From Spheniscus humboldti (Eukaryota): DNA of 64,000 nt. The notes under the pieces are model-generated. The model searched no databases. It had not been told where the DNA came from and saw only the letters and a list, made by a program, of their open reading frames with translations. Shown here piece after piece: positions 36,417 to 49,030 of this stretch. Where the stretch lies: positions 20,815,762 through 20,879,761 of the forward strand of contig CM049887.1 of the NCBI GenBank assembly GCA_027474245.1, given 5' to 3'. Both the position numbers and the translations under genes were made by a program. The first letter of the stretch is position 1. Every line of letters begins with the position of its first letter.

Positions 36417-37523
36417 AAAATAAGTTCAGGAATCACTGTGTTGCCTCGTATTCATTATTAGCTTTTTTATATGGGCAATGGATTTTCTTAAGTTTGGTGC
36501 TAGCTTTTGTCACACATCTGTTTAAAGAGACTGCAGGTTTAATCAATAAAGGTGACCACATTGATTTCATAGGACATGTCTCTGCTCTTCAGTTAAGCTT
36601 GGTGCAGGAGGCCCTGAGTTGCCACTTATCTGGCTCTTAGCAGCAACATGCTGGGTCCAAGCTAATAAGCCTTGCCTCTCAGCAAGAAAAGGAGTCCATC
36701 TTGAGAAACATAAGGATTCAGACAATTTATTTAGGAGAAAGTCAAGAGAGAATTTGGTAGAAAGCTTTCTTTTTTTTTAATGGTAAAAAACTTTCTAATT
36801 TAGTGAAAAAACAAGATAGAAACTAAAAGGTGCAATTTCATCCTATGGTGAAGTTAAATGTGGTTGAAACAATTGGTCTAGGGCTTTCATATGTAATCTT
36901 TTACCATAATCTTTGTAACTTAACTCCACTGAGATGCACACGCTCAGATTTTGTCTAGGTTTAACTTGATGTCATTGGTGGTTGATTTTTTTTCCAATTG
37001 TTGGTATTTCAGTTTGTCAAAAGTGGCATTGATTACAAATCTAACATAAGTTATAAATTCCAATATAAAACTAGGTGAATGGTGTTAATGCATTATAAAT
37101 CTTAAGGTTTTATATCAACTTCTTCAGCAAAGAAAAGCAACTCAAGCTTGAAATTTTTATAGAAGAAATATTAAAACTTTAAAAAAAAATTAGTTTTGTA
37201 ACTGTCAGAAAATCCATTTCAGTAAAATGACTGGGAATTTATGGTTTGTACATTGTGGCTGTGGTTCTGAACAAATTTTAGATATTACAAATATTTTGGA
37301 TAAAACCACTCCCAACTACTGAAATGTTTTACAACCTACTTAGTTCAGTATGTGATGCAGATGGAAATAATTCTGAGAATTCTTATGTCAACATTGGGTT
37401 GAACTCCCATTATATTCATTTCTATATACACAAAATGATATATCCACCGAGATCCCCAAGAATTGAGTAGGTGATGCAATACTATGCTGTATTGTATTAA
37501 ATGTTGGGGTTTTTTTCTTACAG

Positions 37524-37679
37524 GGTAAAATTCTCTACAAAGTACGGTGGAAAGGGTATACCTCTGATGATGATACCTGGGAACCAGAGGTTCATTTGGA
37601 AGACTGCAAAGAAGTGCTGCTTGAATTCAGAAAAAAAATTGTGGACAATAAGCCTAAACCTGTTAAAAAAGACATACAG
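37524..37679 (+). CDS. MPHOSPH8: MPHOSPH8 exon 2: GKILYKVRWKGYTSDDDTWEPEVHLEDCKEVLLEFRKKIVDNKPKPVKKDIQ (chromodomain core)
   Basis: Acceptor ttcttacag| and donor |gtgtgt, 156 nt, phase 0. It is nearly identical to the mammalian MPP8 chromodomain (KVLYKVRWKGYTSDDDTWEPEIHLEDCKEVLLEFRKK). Confidence 0.9.
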
Positions 37680-38580
37680 GTGTGTTTCACCTTCCAGTAC
37701 CTTACACTGAAGACGTATTCCCTATCTAAGCTCTGCTAAGGGGGGGAGGGAGAAGGGAAGACATTTGGGATATGGAATTAAGAAGAATTAAAGAATCTCT
37801 TAGGTCTAAAAGTGTTTTGTTTCATGTGAAACTGAGTATTGTTGCTGCTCTCTGGTTAGGGATTTTTTGTTAATTGACAAGTTTGCTTATAGACTCTAAA
37901 TCCATCTAAACCGTATTTCAGTTTTTAATGGGACTATATAAATGATGTATGGTCATTTTAGTTTGTTTTTGACAACATAAACAACACCTTCCCCCTACCC
38001 ATATGCATATTGTCTTGTCCGTGAAGCTGGGCACTGCTCAATTCACCTGCCTGCTTTGTGTAGCAGATCGATTAATTTTCGCATGTTAACCATTAAATTT
38101 GGTAAGATAGGAATACAGAAGAATTAATTGCAAGACAGCAGCATATGGCTTTCTTTTCTTTTTTTAACTGCTCAGTCAGTTTGAAAATGAAGCGTAAGAA
38201 TCTTTTTTTGAAAACTGGTACCCTACTTCTAGGAAACCTATAGGTAAATTTGACAAAATCAGGTTAATTGTTTTTGATGTACAATAGTTCAGATTTAGTT
38301 CTGTTCTGGAATCTGGTTGTTGGATGTCTGGTTGGTTTACTTGTTTATGTATTGATTCTCATCCAAGCAGTTAGTAATGTAATTTAGGTAAGCAAGGTAG
38401 AATTGTATTTACAAATTTTACCATTTTGCAATGAGGAATGATGTTTGCAGTGATAAAAGATTAAAGTGTTTAAAAACGTACTTTTCCCAAGCACCACCAC
38501 TACCATTTTTGTATAGTTTACACCAAATGATACAGTTTAATGGGGAAAGAAATATTTTCTTTTTTTTCCCTACCTTTTAG

Positions 38581-39435
38581 AAACTATCTCTAAATGATGA
38601 TGTATTTGAAGCAGAATCTGACAGTGACTGGCAAAGTGAAACAAAAGATGATGTTTCACCAAAGAAGAAGAAAAAGAAGTCAAAAGATGGAGAGGATAGA
38701 AGTCCAGATGATCTGAAGAAGAAAAAGTCTAAGTCTGCAAAACTCAAAGAAAAACCCAGAACAGCATGTGAAAATTCCTCTGATACTTTGGTTTCAGATT
38801 CAAAACCAAAAAAAAGGACTTCAGAAACCAAGGAGGATTCAAAGGACCCAAAGAAGCAAAGGAAAGACGATACTAAAGAAATCAAGAAAAAGAAGGGAGA
38901 TGTTAAAGATTTAAAAATAAAATCTAAAGAAGACTCTAAAGAAAATAAAAAGTCACGGAAGGAGAAGCATGGAGATGTTCAGTTTGACTCAGAATCAAGT
39001 ACTCTAGATGATATATTTTCTCAAAGAACTGATCATGAAAATTCAGACTTAAATTCTGAAAATAAAGACGAGAAGCAAAAGGTAATCAGTGGAGAAGAGA
39101 GATTGGAACAAGAAATTGCTGAAAAAGATTCCATTGCTGATAGGCATCTTGATGGATCAGCAAGTAATGAAGATGATAGTATTGATGTGAAGGTTAAAAG
39201 AAAGAAGAAAAAAATTCAGAAAGCTGAAGATCATAAAGAGGAAGGTAGAAAAGTGGAAATTCAAGATATCTATTTAGAGAAGAAGAGCATGCACAAAAAG
39301 CAAAAAGGTCAAGAAAAAGTAAAAATCGTACCGGGAGAGTTGGAGAAGGTGTCACCTGCTCCTTCACCAGTGCAGAAGGGTTTGAAATTGAGTGCTGATG
39401 AAAGAGGGCACAAGTCCACTGATTCAACTGGGGAG
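38581..39435 (+). CDS. MPHOSPH8: MPHOSPH8 exon 3 (855 nt): KLSLNDDVFEAESDSDWQSETKDD...K/E/S-rich linker...HKSTDSTGE
   Basis: Acceptor ccttttag| and donor |gtaagc. One open frame of 285 codons, rich in KKKK/SKS/E, as in mammalian MPP8. Supplied ORF 38788-39651 is the same frame running on into the intron. Confidence 0.85.
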
Positions 39436-42400
39436 GTAAGCAATGTTAAGGCATTGGGGTGGGGGCTGGGGGTTAAATCACTGTCTTTGACATACAGATA
39501 TCTCAAAAGGATACTGTTCATGATGGCAAAGAAAAAAATAAATTGGAAAGTTGATGAGCTGGATGAAGCTGAAGAAGGGCCCACTGCACAATGTATAGGA
39601 GAGACTGAAACGTTTCTGGATTCTGAACACTATAAAGGAGGGAACACTTGAGGAGAGAAGGGTGTCTTTAGATGTGAAAGTATGAATTTCTCTTGTTTAT
39701 GTGTAATTACTTGGAATGAAGTTTACTGTTTCTCCGAAGCATGCTATCATTTTTAGCTTTGTTCCCCCTACCTTCAACAGTTGCCTCAGTTTGACTTTTT
39801 TCTACTTGTGTAGTAAGACATTCAGTCTTGAGCAGCTATCCATCCAACACTGCACAATGAAGTGCTCAAGTGCGAAAACACACACTTGATCTCTCTCAAA
39901 AGCCAGCCACTCCTTTATACCTTACATGCGTTAGCACCTACTTGAGAATTGGAATGCTGAAATCGCTTCTAAACCCAAGTCTCCCAGGTAATGGTGCAGC
40001 TGGCTTGTCTTGTTAGAATTCCGGGGGTGCTTATAGAAAATGCTTAGTTTCATGGCATGGTTTCATATTAATTACAAATGGTGTACCTGTTCTAAGAAAT
40101 GAGCTAAGCAAATACTGGAATATTTATTTTTCCTTATTTAATACAGTAGTGTTTTAAGAAAAGCAGGATAGTAAAGGTGAAAGAAAATAATGGGGAAAAA
40201 ACCCCAATATTTCTGGAATGTTTCTGAGAATATAATTTCTTTCAGCTGCTTCAGACTGTTCTAATAGAGTTTGCAGTTCATAAAACTTCGGCTGCTCAGA
40301 GAAACCCCTTTCTGATTTGTAACAGGATTGCAGCCAAAACACCTTGATACTTAAGTGGATTATATCCCACTTCTTCTGAGGCCATAACTCTGTGGCGGCA
40401 AGTTTCTTCTGTAGGTTCAGCTGTGGTCCTCTGCTTAAGACTGTTGTATGTGTGGAGTAGGCCACCTTAAACATAAGTTGATTTTGGGGTAGAGAATTAC
40501 GTGGCATAATCTCAGAGTAGAGCTACACAAAATAGTGTTTTGGCAGGAGCTTAGTGGTGAAAGCTCTTGTAAACAAGGTTAAGCAATTACTATGAGGCAT
40601 AGCCCAGTGTCAAAAAATAATTTAATTAACTGAAACAGTATGGCCCTTTATTACTCAAGTATTTTCTCATAGTTTGAGGCTATAGCATTCATAAGAGAGA
40701 GACATCAGTGATGATAATCAGATAAATCTTTGGAATTCTGTTTTATTTACCAGTAGTATAAAAATCCTGTCACCCCAAACATGAAGAAATCAACAGCAGA
40801 TGAAAGTTGGTTTGCTTATGGCTCTTCAGCCAGCGCTCTCAGTAAGTTGTCTGTATGACTTTCTCATGGTCGTGCTCCGTGGAAGGTCATGCTCCAAGGT
40901 ACCAAGGAAGCAAGGAAGGCATTCTGCTCTTTGCTTTTTTTAGTCTAGGAGGCTTAAACAATGTTTTCTGTAACTGGTTAGTTATTCTCTAGAGCAGCTG
41001 TGGACTCATTACATGGGTGGGTTTGGTGGAGAGTTCTGGAGGTTTTTTGGCTTCACTAAATTGTTGGCCCAAGCAGATTATTATTTTCAAATAAAATCAT
41101 TGTGTATGTTTCAGCTACCTGTCTTTCCTTATGTAGCTCTGATTACAGAACACTGTCATGTCAACTTACAATACAGTATTCTCTCTTTGGAGTCAGTTTG
41201 CATGCCAAACCATTCTCTCTTTCCATTCGATTTACCTCCAAAAATAAATGTGCAGCCTATGTTGTGCATCTGATCAGTGCTGGAAATCTGGAATAGAATT
41301 CAGGACTACTGATTTTAACAGCCCCTCTGTGTAGCAAATATCTGGTAATCCCTTTAGTAAGTTACAGGTCTCCTTCTAAATACTGGGCATCTGCCAGGAT
41401 TAACAGCTCGCTGTGCTACTAGTTAATCATGTCAGTGATCAAAAGCTGAGGTTTTGTGGGGGGGAGGGAGGGTGTGAGAAAGACGATTAAATGTCTCAGC
41501 TCTGCTAACACATTAAAATAGATTAATTTGGTGTATCATAATTGAAGTTTTTCCTGTGTCAAAGAAATGGTAGCATTTAATGTAAATTCAGTCTGTAGTT
41601 CTTGTGGGGACTTACTTTGGGGCAGTTTTTCAGAAAGCCAATGCTATTCCATGTACCGGGTTAGTGTCAGGGGCTGATACAAAGCCATGCCAAGGAGCCT
41701 TCTCCCACCTACTCTGCAGTTTGGAATTTGCTGGCTGAATGGAGAGAGAGGATTACAGGAGGAGAAAGGCAACCTTCGGTGGAGGCAGTTGAATGCTATT
41801 TTGGCAAATTTGACTATATATCTGCATCTACCATAAATTTCTTCTGTGATACTGGATATTGCTAACCTCAGTCTTCTGTGTGGATATGGTGGGCTTGGGT
41901 GGATTTTTCCAAGTGTCTGTTTTTCACAAATGATTGTTGCCATAACGTTCTGTATGTGTAAACTGGAAAACTTGGAACCTTCTGCATATGTTCTGTACGA
42001 ATGTCAAGTTTTCTCAATTAAGGTACAAGTCAGTGCTATCATAACTGCTTTGAATATGGTGCTACAAAGGTGTTAAATACTTTGAAATAATTACATTCTA
42101 TTCAGGATCAGTATTTGGAACAAATGAAAAGTTCATAATTTTTAATTTCCTTCAAAATGCTAGTTTTGGCATATCTGCACCTCATGCCATAAAGCACCTT
42201 GTATGGCTGGGATGCAGTAAAAATCTGAATTGAAGTTGTTTTATTTTGGAAGTAACACCTTTTCTCTTATGGAAGAAGCCTTCACAGACTTAACTCCTGA
42301 CTCACCTGTTTAATTCTTTTCTTAGGAATGTCCACAAGTCTGTTAATGTACAGGTTTCAGTAGTATTAATTTTAAATATATTTTATCATTGGAGTGGTGA

Positions 42401-42455
42401 AAGGAGTTTATTTTCCATTTTTTCTCTACCAGTTTAATTTGATCTTTGTTCTCAG

Positions 42456-42558
42456 TATCAGGAGAAAGAAGTAAAGAAACCTGAAACAAAAGAAAAATCT
42501 CAAAAAAAGGAGTCTGAGAATGAAGAAAAGAGCAGAAAAGAACAAAAGGGCCTAAAAA
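42456..42558 (+). CDS. MPHOSPH8: MPHOSPH8 exon 4: YQEKEVKKPETKEKSQKKESENEEKSRKEQKGLK(S)
   Basis: Acceptor ttctcag| (an alternative 6 nt downstream is also in frame) and donor |gtaagt at 42559. It enters in phase 0 and leaves one base over. That leftover base joins the first two bases of the exon at 43707 to form a Ser codon. Confidence 0.6.
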
Positions 42559-43706
42559 GTAAGTGCTAACTGCTTAAAAGAGAGAAGGGAAAGACCCTTC
42601 AGGACATTCTCCTCTTATTTCTACAAGAGCAGATACTGCATAGTTTTGTAAGACATACCAGAAACAAGAATTTCTGATTGTATTTTAGGAAGCAAAAGTC
42701 TGCTGTTTAATGACTTTGTTAATATATGCCTCATGAGAGTGCTGTATGTACTTTCATGTATGAAGTGTGGAAGTGTATAGAAATCTCTAACATTTTTGTA
42801 GACAAGTCAAGATTTTGCCCTTGTTCATTTAATATTGTCAAATGTGGTTCTGTGGCATGTAACAGTAATTTTTTTTTAGAGGAATTCATCCAACTATTGG
42901 CTATTTCCAGAAGTGTTCTGATGATACTGTGAATACACACTTCCTATATTTAGAAAAACTAGTAGAGGTTCCCATCAGACAAACTTCTTGCCTCTTGCTT
43001 TAGCCACAATGACGAGTTATATTATACAACCTTTAAAATATCACTAGAACTGGATGATTTGATAAATGAAGAAAAATGTCTAGGTTGCATTTCTATTCTT
43101 AATAGTATAATGGAGTATTAATGTTACCACTCTTGATCTCAGTAAAATTCTGCATGATTTTATTCAGGATAAATTCCCTCACTACTATGATGAGGATGAA
43201 CTGAGGAAAACTAGGTAACTCCACCATTGATAATCACGGATGGATATAGGAGGAGCTATGATGCTTCAAATAGCTGTTTCTAGAGAAACATCTTTCACTG
43301 AAAGTAGCATAGATGCTTACAATGCTTAAGAAAGAAGTAACAAACAGAATGATTAATTATTTTTCTTTATACAGCACGTGTCCTTCGTCTTGTTCATCAC
43401 AGATACTGAACCGTATTTTCAAAGTAGTAATTTACACATAATTCTAAACTACATTTCTTAAAAAGAAGATGGTACCGTGTTGAAAGCAGTCAGATCTCAG
43501 ACTTGCCAGGGTAGCTGGAGGTGAACTAGCTCTCCCCGGTTTTTGGCTTATGTTGTTAAGCTTGCTCCTACGCTTCAGCAATGATTAACTTCCAGAAAGA
43601 GAACAGACCTTTTCTAAATGGACTCTGGTCACTCACTTAAACTTTGTTATGTAATAGTCTTTAGTGGCTCAAGTAGTCACTCTTGGTAACTGTCTTAATA
43701 TTCTAG

Positions 43707-43955
43707 GCTTTAAGGACATCAAAAGTGCATTTGACTTGTTTAATGTAGCTTCAGAAGAAAAAAGTGAATATTCTGAGAATAACTGCAAAAGAGAAGAATC
43801 TTCGCTAGAATATAAATTCATAGAAGAATTAAAACCAAAAGACAGCAAGGTGTACAAGGAAAGGAGGAACATAAGGGATGAAACAGACACATGGACTTAC
43901 ATTGCTGCAGAAGGTGATCGAGAAGTAGTGGATGTGTGTCAAATGGAGAACTCTG
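43707..43955 (+). CDS. MPHOSPH8: MPHOSPH8 exon 5: (S)FKDIKSAFDLFNVASEEKSEYSENNCKREESSLEYKFIEELKPKDSKVYKERRNIRDETDTWTYIAAEGDREVVDVCQMENS(D)
   Basis: Acceptor ttctag| and donor |gtgagc. It matches the mammalian MPP8 region ...RRNIRDETDTW.YIAAEGD. Confidence 0.8.
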
Positions 43956-44410
43956 GTGAGCAGTAGAAACAAATGCAGGAGAAAACTGAGCACTGGCAGT
44001 TAATATTTTCTCCATTCCTGCTTGCATCTTTTAGTGCTCCAATTCTTGTCTCCCCAGGAGGCTGAAATGATGTTTTCTTTTGAAACTCACTGATAACTTT
44101 TCAGTGTGTTTCCATTGTGTTTCTGCTATTACAGTAGTGAAGTGTTCACCATCTCTTATCACTTCAGCCTAATTTATTACAACAAATAAACAGTTTGTTT
44201 CAAGTAAAAGCATTTTATGTCCTTTTGTAACGTAGCCTTCATTGTTTGGAACCATTCCACGCTGACTTCCAGAGTCTATTTGAATGAAAAGTAGTACTGT
44301 GTTAAGCTGCTGATCATTGAAGCAATGGCAAGCAATGAATGGTTTGGAAATATATAAGTTACTTATTACTTATTTTACTTTTTTCTTCCATAAAATCAAA
44401 TACATGATAG

Positions 44411-44536
44411 ATGGCAAGCAACAAGTCTTGAGTTTGGGTATGGACATGCAGTTAGAATGGCTGACGCTAGAAGACTTTCAGAAGCATCTTGATGGAGAAG
44501 ATGAGAATCATGTGTCAACAGAACCGATATCAAGTA
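44411..44536 (+). CDS. MPHOSPH8: MPHOSPH8 exon 6: (D)GKQQVLSLGMDMQLEWLTLEDFQKHLDGEDENHVSTEPISS
   Basis: Acceptor tacatgatag| and donor |gtgagt (an alternative |gtagtg sits 3 nt upstream; both leave phase 1). Conserved DG.QQVLSLGMD.QLEW..LEDFQKHLDG.DEN. Confidence 0.75.
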
Positions 44537-44622
44537 GTGAGTAGTTGCTGGGAGGAAGGGATGTTTCTTAGCTGACGTTTCAAAGTGAAATATCCTATAA
44601 CTGCATTGAATTTATTTTCTAG

Positions 44623-44711
44623 CTCTCCTGAGGGATGCTGTTAAAAGTGGAGATTATATGACAGTAAAGATGGCACTTTCTTCAAACGAGGAATATAATC
44701 TGGATCAAGAG
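44623..44711 (+). CDS. MPHOSPH8: MPHOSPH8 exon 7: (T)LLRDAVKSGDYMTVKMALSSNEEYNLDQE
   Basis: Acceptor ttttctag| and donor |gtaatt, ends in phase 0. Confidence 0.8.
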
Positions 44712-45867
44712 GTAATTTTTCTGCAATAGAAGCATTGGAGGGGGGTGGGAGGGAAGAGTACAAATTTGGATTGTTTGAAAAGTTTTCCCCTCTTGCTAGT
44801 AGCAGATTTCTGTCTCACCCTGGGAAAAAAGCACAAGGTGAGAAAAGGGAGCGCAGAATTTGAGGCTTCAATATTTGTTATCCATTTCTTCCAAAGAAAA
44901 AAAGAAGTTTGTTAGAAGTAAAGTTTGATAGAAGCATTCCAGTAGCTGGATTTGCAGCAGATTTGCCCAGTGGATTTAACTGAGTATGAAATTTAGAACT
45001 TCACATGGTATAAGGAATGATGATACCCATCAGATCAAGTGCATAAACTATGTAAAACATCTATACATTAAAAAAAAAATTTTGAATATTCTGTTTGACA
45101 GACTGGGACCACTTCACTCCATGAATAATTAGTTTTCTGCCAGTTCTTCATCGGCTGTGTTCTTACTGGTTTTTCTTTCAAGGATCTGTTTTCCTGTTAA
45201 ATAGTACTGTAGTTCCATTTTTGAGCATTAAAACCTCTGATACCAGTATTTTCACTGATGATCCTTTGTAGTTGTACTATATAGCATTTTGAGAACTATA
45301 CATTATGACAAGACTTCTGTAGCGTGGTAGAAAAGGTGCCAAATGAACTACTGAGGCAAGCATGTGTTCTTTGAATTGTAGTGTCTGGTAGCAAGTGCAA
45401 GAATGAGTGAGGAGACTGGCCGCTTGCAGAAGTCTTCATACTCTGATAAAATCCAAAAGCAGCATTGTGGTAGCAGCTGACTTGAGCCATTGTGGTTTTC
45501 CTCCAGTGGCTGCTGATTTCTTTTTCCACTGTCTTGCTGTCTTTTCTCCACCCTCAAATACCTTGCTGCCTTTCTTCCTGGCTCATTCTGTTTTTCCTCC
45601 TCCTTGTTCTGGTCCTTGAAATGTTACGAGTTTTGCAGATTATGGAGCTCAAAGTGTGAGGCCTGTGGACAAGAGAAGTGGGAGGTGATAGTTTGTTGGT
45701 ATCTGGCAGCCATGTATGTGTGAATTCTTCTGCCAGGGAGGGGAATCTGTGAAACCTGCTGATGCACTTGCAATTTTTGTCTTGCGGCTTTGATTTATTG
45801 TAAAGTATTTGGTGTTTTTTTGGTTTGTTTTTTTTTTTTTTTTAAATGGCAGCGATTCTTGTTGCAG

Positions 45868-46008
45868 GACTCAAGTGGAATGACCCTAGTAATGCTTGCT
45901 GCTGCTGGTGGGCACGATGACCTTCTCCGGGTCCTAATCAGGAAGGGAGCTAAAGTTAATGGTAGACAGAAGAATGGAACAACTGCATTGATACAGGCAG
46001 CTGAAAAG
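45868..46008 (+). CDS. MPHOSPH8: MPHOSPH8 exon 8 (ankyrin repeats 1-2): DSSGMTLVMLAAAGGHDDLLRVLIRKGAKVNGRQKNGTTALIQAAEK
   Basis: Acceptor ttgttgcag| and donor |gttggc, 141 nt, phase 0. This is the canonical ankyrin consensus. Confidence 0.85.
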
Positions 46009-46801
46009 GTTGGCTTGGTTATTGTCATATTTGTGGTTCTTGGCTCTTTTACTTATGTTTGAAAGTGGTACACAACTTTTTCCCCTTGGACGATGCCTAA
46101 AAAGTAGTTAGCAGGATATAGCAGGGTGACCATAACTGCATAATTTCAGCAGCTGTGCTTACTGTAGTGTAAATAAATTCTGATCACAAACTCTACCCTG
46201 AGTAGAGAATATCAGAGGGCTACCTAGAGGGAAAGTGGAGGCAAAGGATATTTCTGAATTTGTCTGTCATGGGGGCTGAAGTTCTTGAGTTAGAATTGCT
46301 TGTTATGATCTCAGGATCGAAACTTGGGAGACTTTGAGAGCAAATCTCTGATTAAGCGGGGTTTACTGTTTGAGAGTTGGGAGATGGAAACGGTGGCAAG
46401 CTCTTCTCAAACTAAGACTGACTAGACTAGTCAAGTTAGAGGATGTTTCACGGGTGCGCTCTTTTGTTCAAGTTGGTTCATGTGTTTTCCCATGTACAGT
46501 AGATACAAGGCCAAAAGGGAGCTTGATTCCAGTTTGGTGATTAACACAAACATACTGTTTTCTTCCTGTGGTGTTCAGTATTGCAAGATTTAGAAAAAAG
46601 TAAGAATTGTAAATACTCATGGCTATCTACTTGCCTGAGTCTGAATTGCTCTTTATTAGACATGGGAGAGAACAATGTTAATTGTGTCATGCCTCAGGCT
46701 TTGGATTTTACTGACGGATTTTAAATAAATGTCACTTTATATTCTGAAACAAAACTAGAATATTTTCTACTTACTTGTCTTGTGGGTTTGGTTTCTTTCA
46801 G

Positions 46802-46888
46802 AATTTTTTAACAACAGTAGCTATTCTTCTGGAAGCTGGGGCATATGTGAACATGCAGCAGAGCAGTGGTGAAACTGCTTTAATGAAG
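46802..46888 (+). CDS. MPHOSPH8: MPHOSPH8 exon 9 (ankyrin): NFLTTVAILLEAGAYVNMQQSSGETALMK
   Basis: Acceptor tttctttcag| and donor |gtaaat, 87 nt. Confidence 0.85.
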
Positions 46889-47044
46889 GTAAATTTGATG
46901 TTTGTCCTGACACGGTTTAATAATAAATATTTTTGGCAAACTAATAAAACTTAAAAGCCTGTTTGTAGAGTTGATTTAGGGAACATGTACTATATTTGAA
47001 ATAAAAATACTGCTCTTAGTTATTCTAGGCAGTGTTTTAATCCT

Positions 47045-47063
47045 TTTTTTTTTTTTTTTTTTT
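47045..47063. repeat. Poly(T) homopolymer, about 19 nt
   Basis: cc followed by 19 T, then aaatg. Confidence 0.9.
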
Positions 47064-48875
47064 AAATGTACTGTTATATCTAAACAATAAATGCAGATGC
47101 CATCAGCATACAGTGCTAAATGTGGCTCGGCATCCTCTTCCATTGTTTGGCTTGAAGAAATGCAGATGTGTTAAAAATGTTAAAACTGAGATAATCTGGT
47201 TGTCAGCAGGAAGAGAAAAATTCCAGAAAGGAGAATCTTTCACTTGAGTGTTGCTGTGATAGACTTTTTTCGTTTCATTGCAGGCCAGAAATAAAATAAC
47301 CAGTTTGCAGTCTCCTTCCCAATGCCTGTTCTGCACCTTTACTCCCTCCCATCGCAAAGGAAATTTTTTTTTTTTAAATTTTGTTTTAGTAGGAAAATTC
47401 TAAGACACTTAAAAGTCTGTCCTCCTCTTAATATTTTTTTTTTGTTTATATCAAATAATTTCACCGAAGTTCCCCTTCCTGATAAACTTGCTGTATTTAT
47501 ACGTAGGCTGTTTAAGGCGATTTGTTTGCAGAAGAGATTATAAAATCTTTTCGGTCCAAGACAATGTGGTGGTGTTTCTCTTCTATCCTCTGCAAGGCTT
47601 AACAAGTGTGCGGAATTCACATTTTCTGTAAAGAAAATGATAATGCACTTGTGGTTTCCTCAGCACTTCAGTCCAAAATCTCTTCATAATTTGGCTGCCT
47701 TCATGAACCTCAGTTTTGACCTCCATTGTTTTTAAAGGTTTTTAGTATTTGATGTACAGCTGTACATACTTTCTAATTGGCAGCCTGCAGTGACTTACTC
47801 CAGATATTTGTTTTTCTGTGACCCAAAGAATAGGGTCTTCATTTCCAGTAACTTACTGGAAGAAGTTTAGCCATGTGTGGATAAACATATAAATGTGTTT
47901 ATCAAGTCACAGTTATTTAACCTTAGGAGTTTGATCATACTTTTTAAAAGGGGGGGGGAGGGGGAAGTCTTGGTACTTAATTCCTTTCTCTGAGGTTGTG
48001 TGTGACTTCTGTGGGTTTTTTGTTGGGGGGGGCAGGTGGGTTTATTTATGGAAGAATATGGATTGAAAGCACAGGTGAAAGTTCAGAGCTGAGACAAATT
48101 TCAGAAGTTAACTTCCGAAAGGCCTCATGAAGATAAGATAGACATTTATATCTCTTGTGCCTTTCCCTAATTCGTCTGAGTGAAGTGTTTGAAAACAAGC
48201 GGCCAAGAGCATGTGTTTGCATTCTTCAAAGTAAAGCTTTCTTTAGACTTTCCTCTACTTTTGTCAAGTCTTCAGTTGACATGCCCTGAAATTCTTGCTG
48301 TAAGTAACATTGAACAGGCTTGGACACTTAGGTAGTTGAAAACAGTGACTGTCTAACATAGCTAAATAACAATTTTGGGCAAATTCTGTTAATTTACTGC
48401 ACATCTGAAGTACCATTTGAACTGAGATTCCTAGAAACAGATACTTGGAAGTGTTAGTTTAGTCATAATGAACACTTCTGCAGAAACCCATTTATTCAGG
48501 TAAACAATTGCGAGCAAGTTTACAGTTACTGAACTCCAGCAGATTAGACGTTTTCACAGAACTTTTTGGGTTTGTTTTATCAATTTATTTATTTTTTTCT
48601 AATTAAGTCCACTTGGTAACCCTGAGTGTTGCTGCTTCTGTGGGATCAGGTGTGTAGTGTTGCCTGGGTAAAGATAAAATATTTATGGAGTGTGATCCTG
48701 AGTTTCGAGTTGTGTTAGCATTCACAGAGCAAATACCTAAACTTGTTTTCTGAATTGTAACTAATTTTGGATTTTAATTAATTTATGCAGGTCTGCTTAC
48801 TCCAATGTTATGTTGTATTCTAATGGGGGATTTGTCATTGTTGTCCATCCTTCCATCTTCTGACTTTCTGCACAG

Positions 48876-49030
48876 GCTTGTAAAAGAGGGAATTCCGATA
48901 TAGTGCGACTTATGATTGAAAGCGGAGCAGACTGTAACATTTTGTCAAAACATCAGAACAGTGCGCTGCATTTTGCTAAACAATGTAATAACGTACTGGT
49001 GTATGAGCAGCTCAAGAGTCATTTGGAAAC
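48876..49030 (+). CDS. MPHOSPH8: MPHOSPH8 exon 10 (ankyrin 3-4): ACKRGNSDIVRLMIESGADCNILSKHQNSALHFAKQCNNVLVYEQLKSHLE(T)
   Basis: Acceptor ctgcacag| and donor |gtgagt, ends in phase 2. Confidence 0.85.

Noticed and set aside
38577-38885. 102-aa minus-strand ORF antisense to MPHOSPH8 exon 3 (and 39194-39584 minus)
   Set aside because: It is the antisense of a K/E/S-rich coding exon and gives an F/S/L-rich open frame by composition alone. There are no splice signals or homology.
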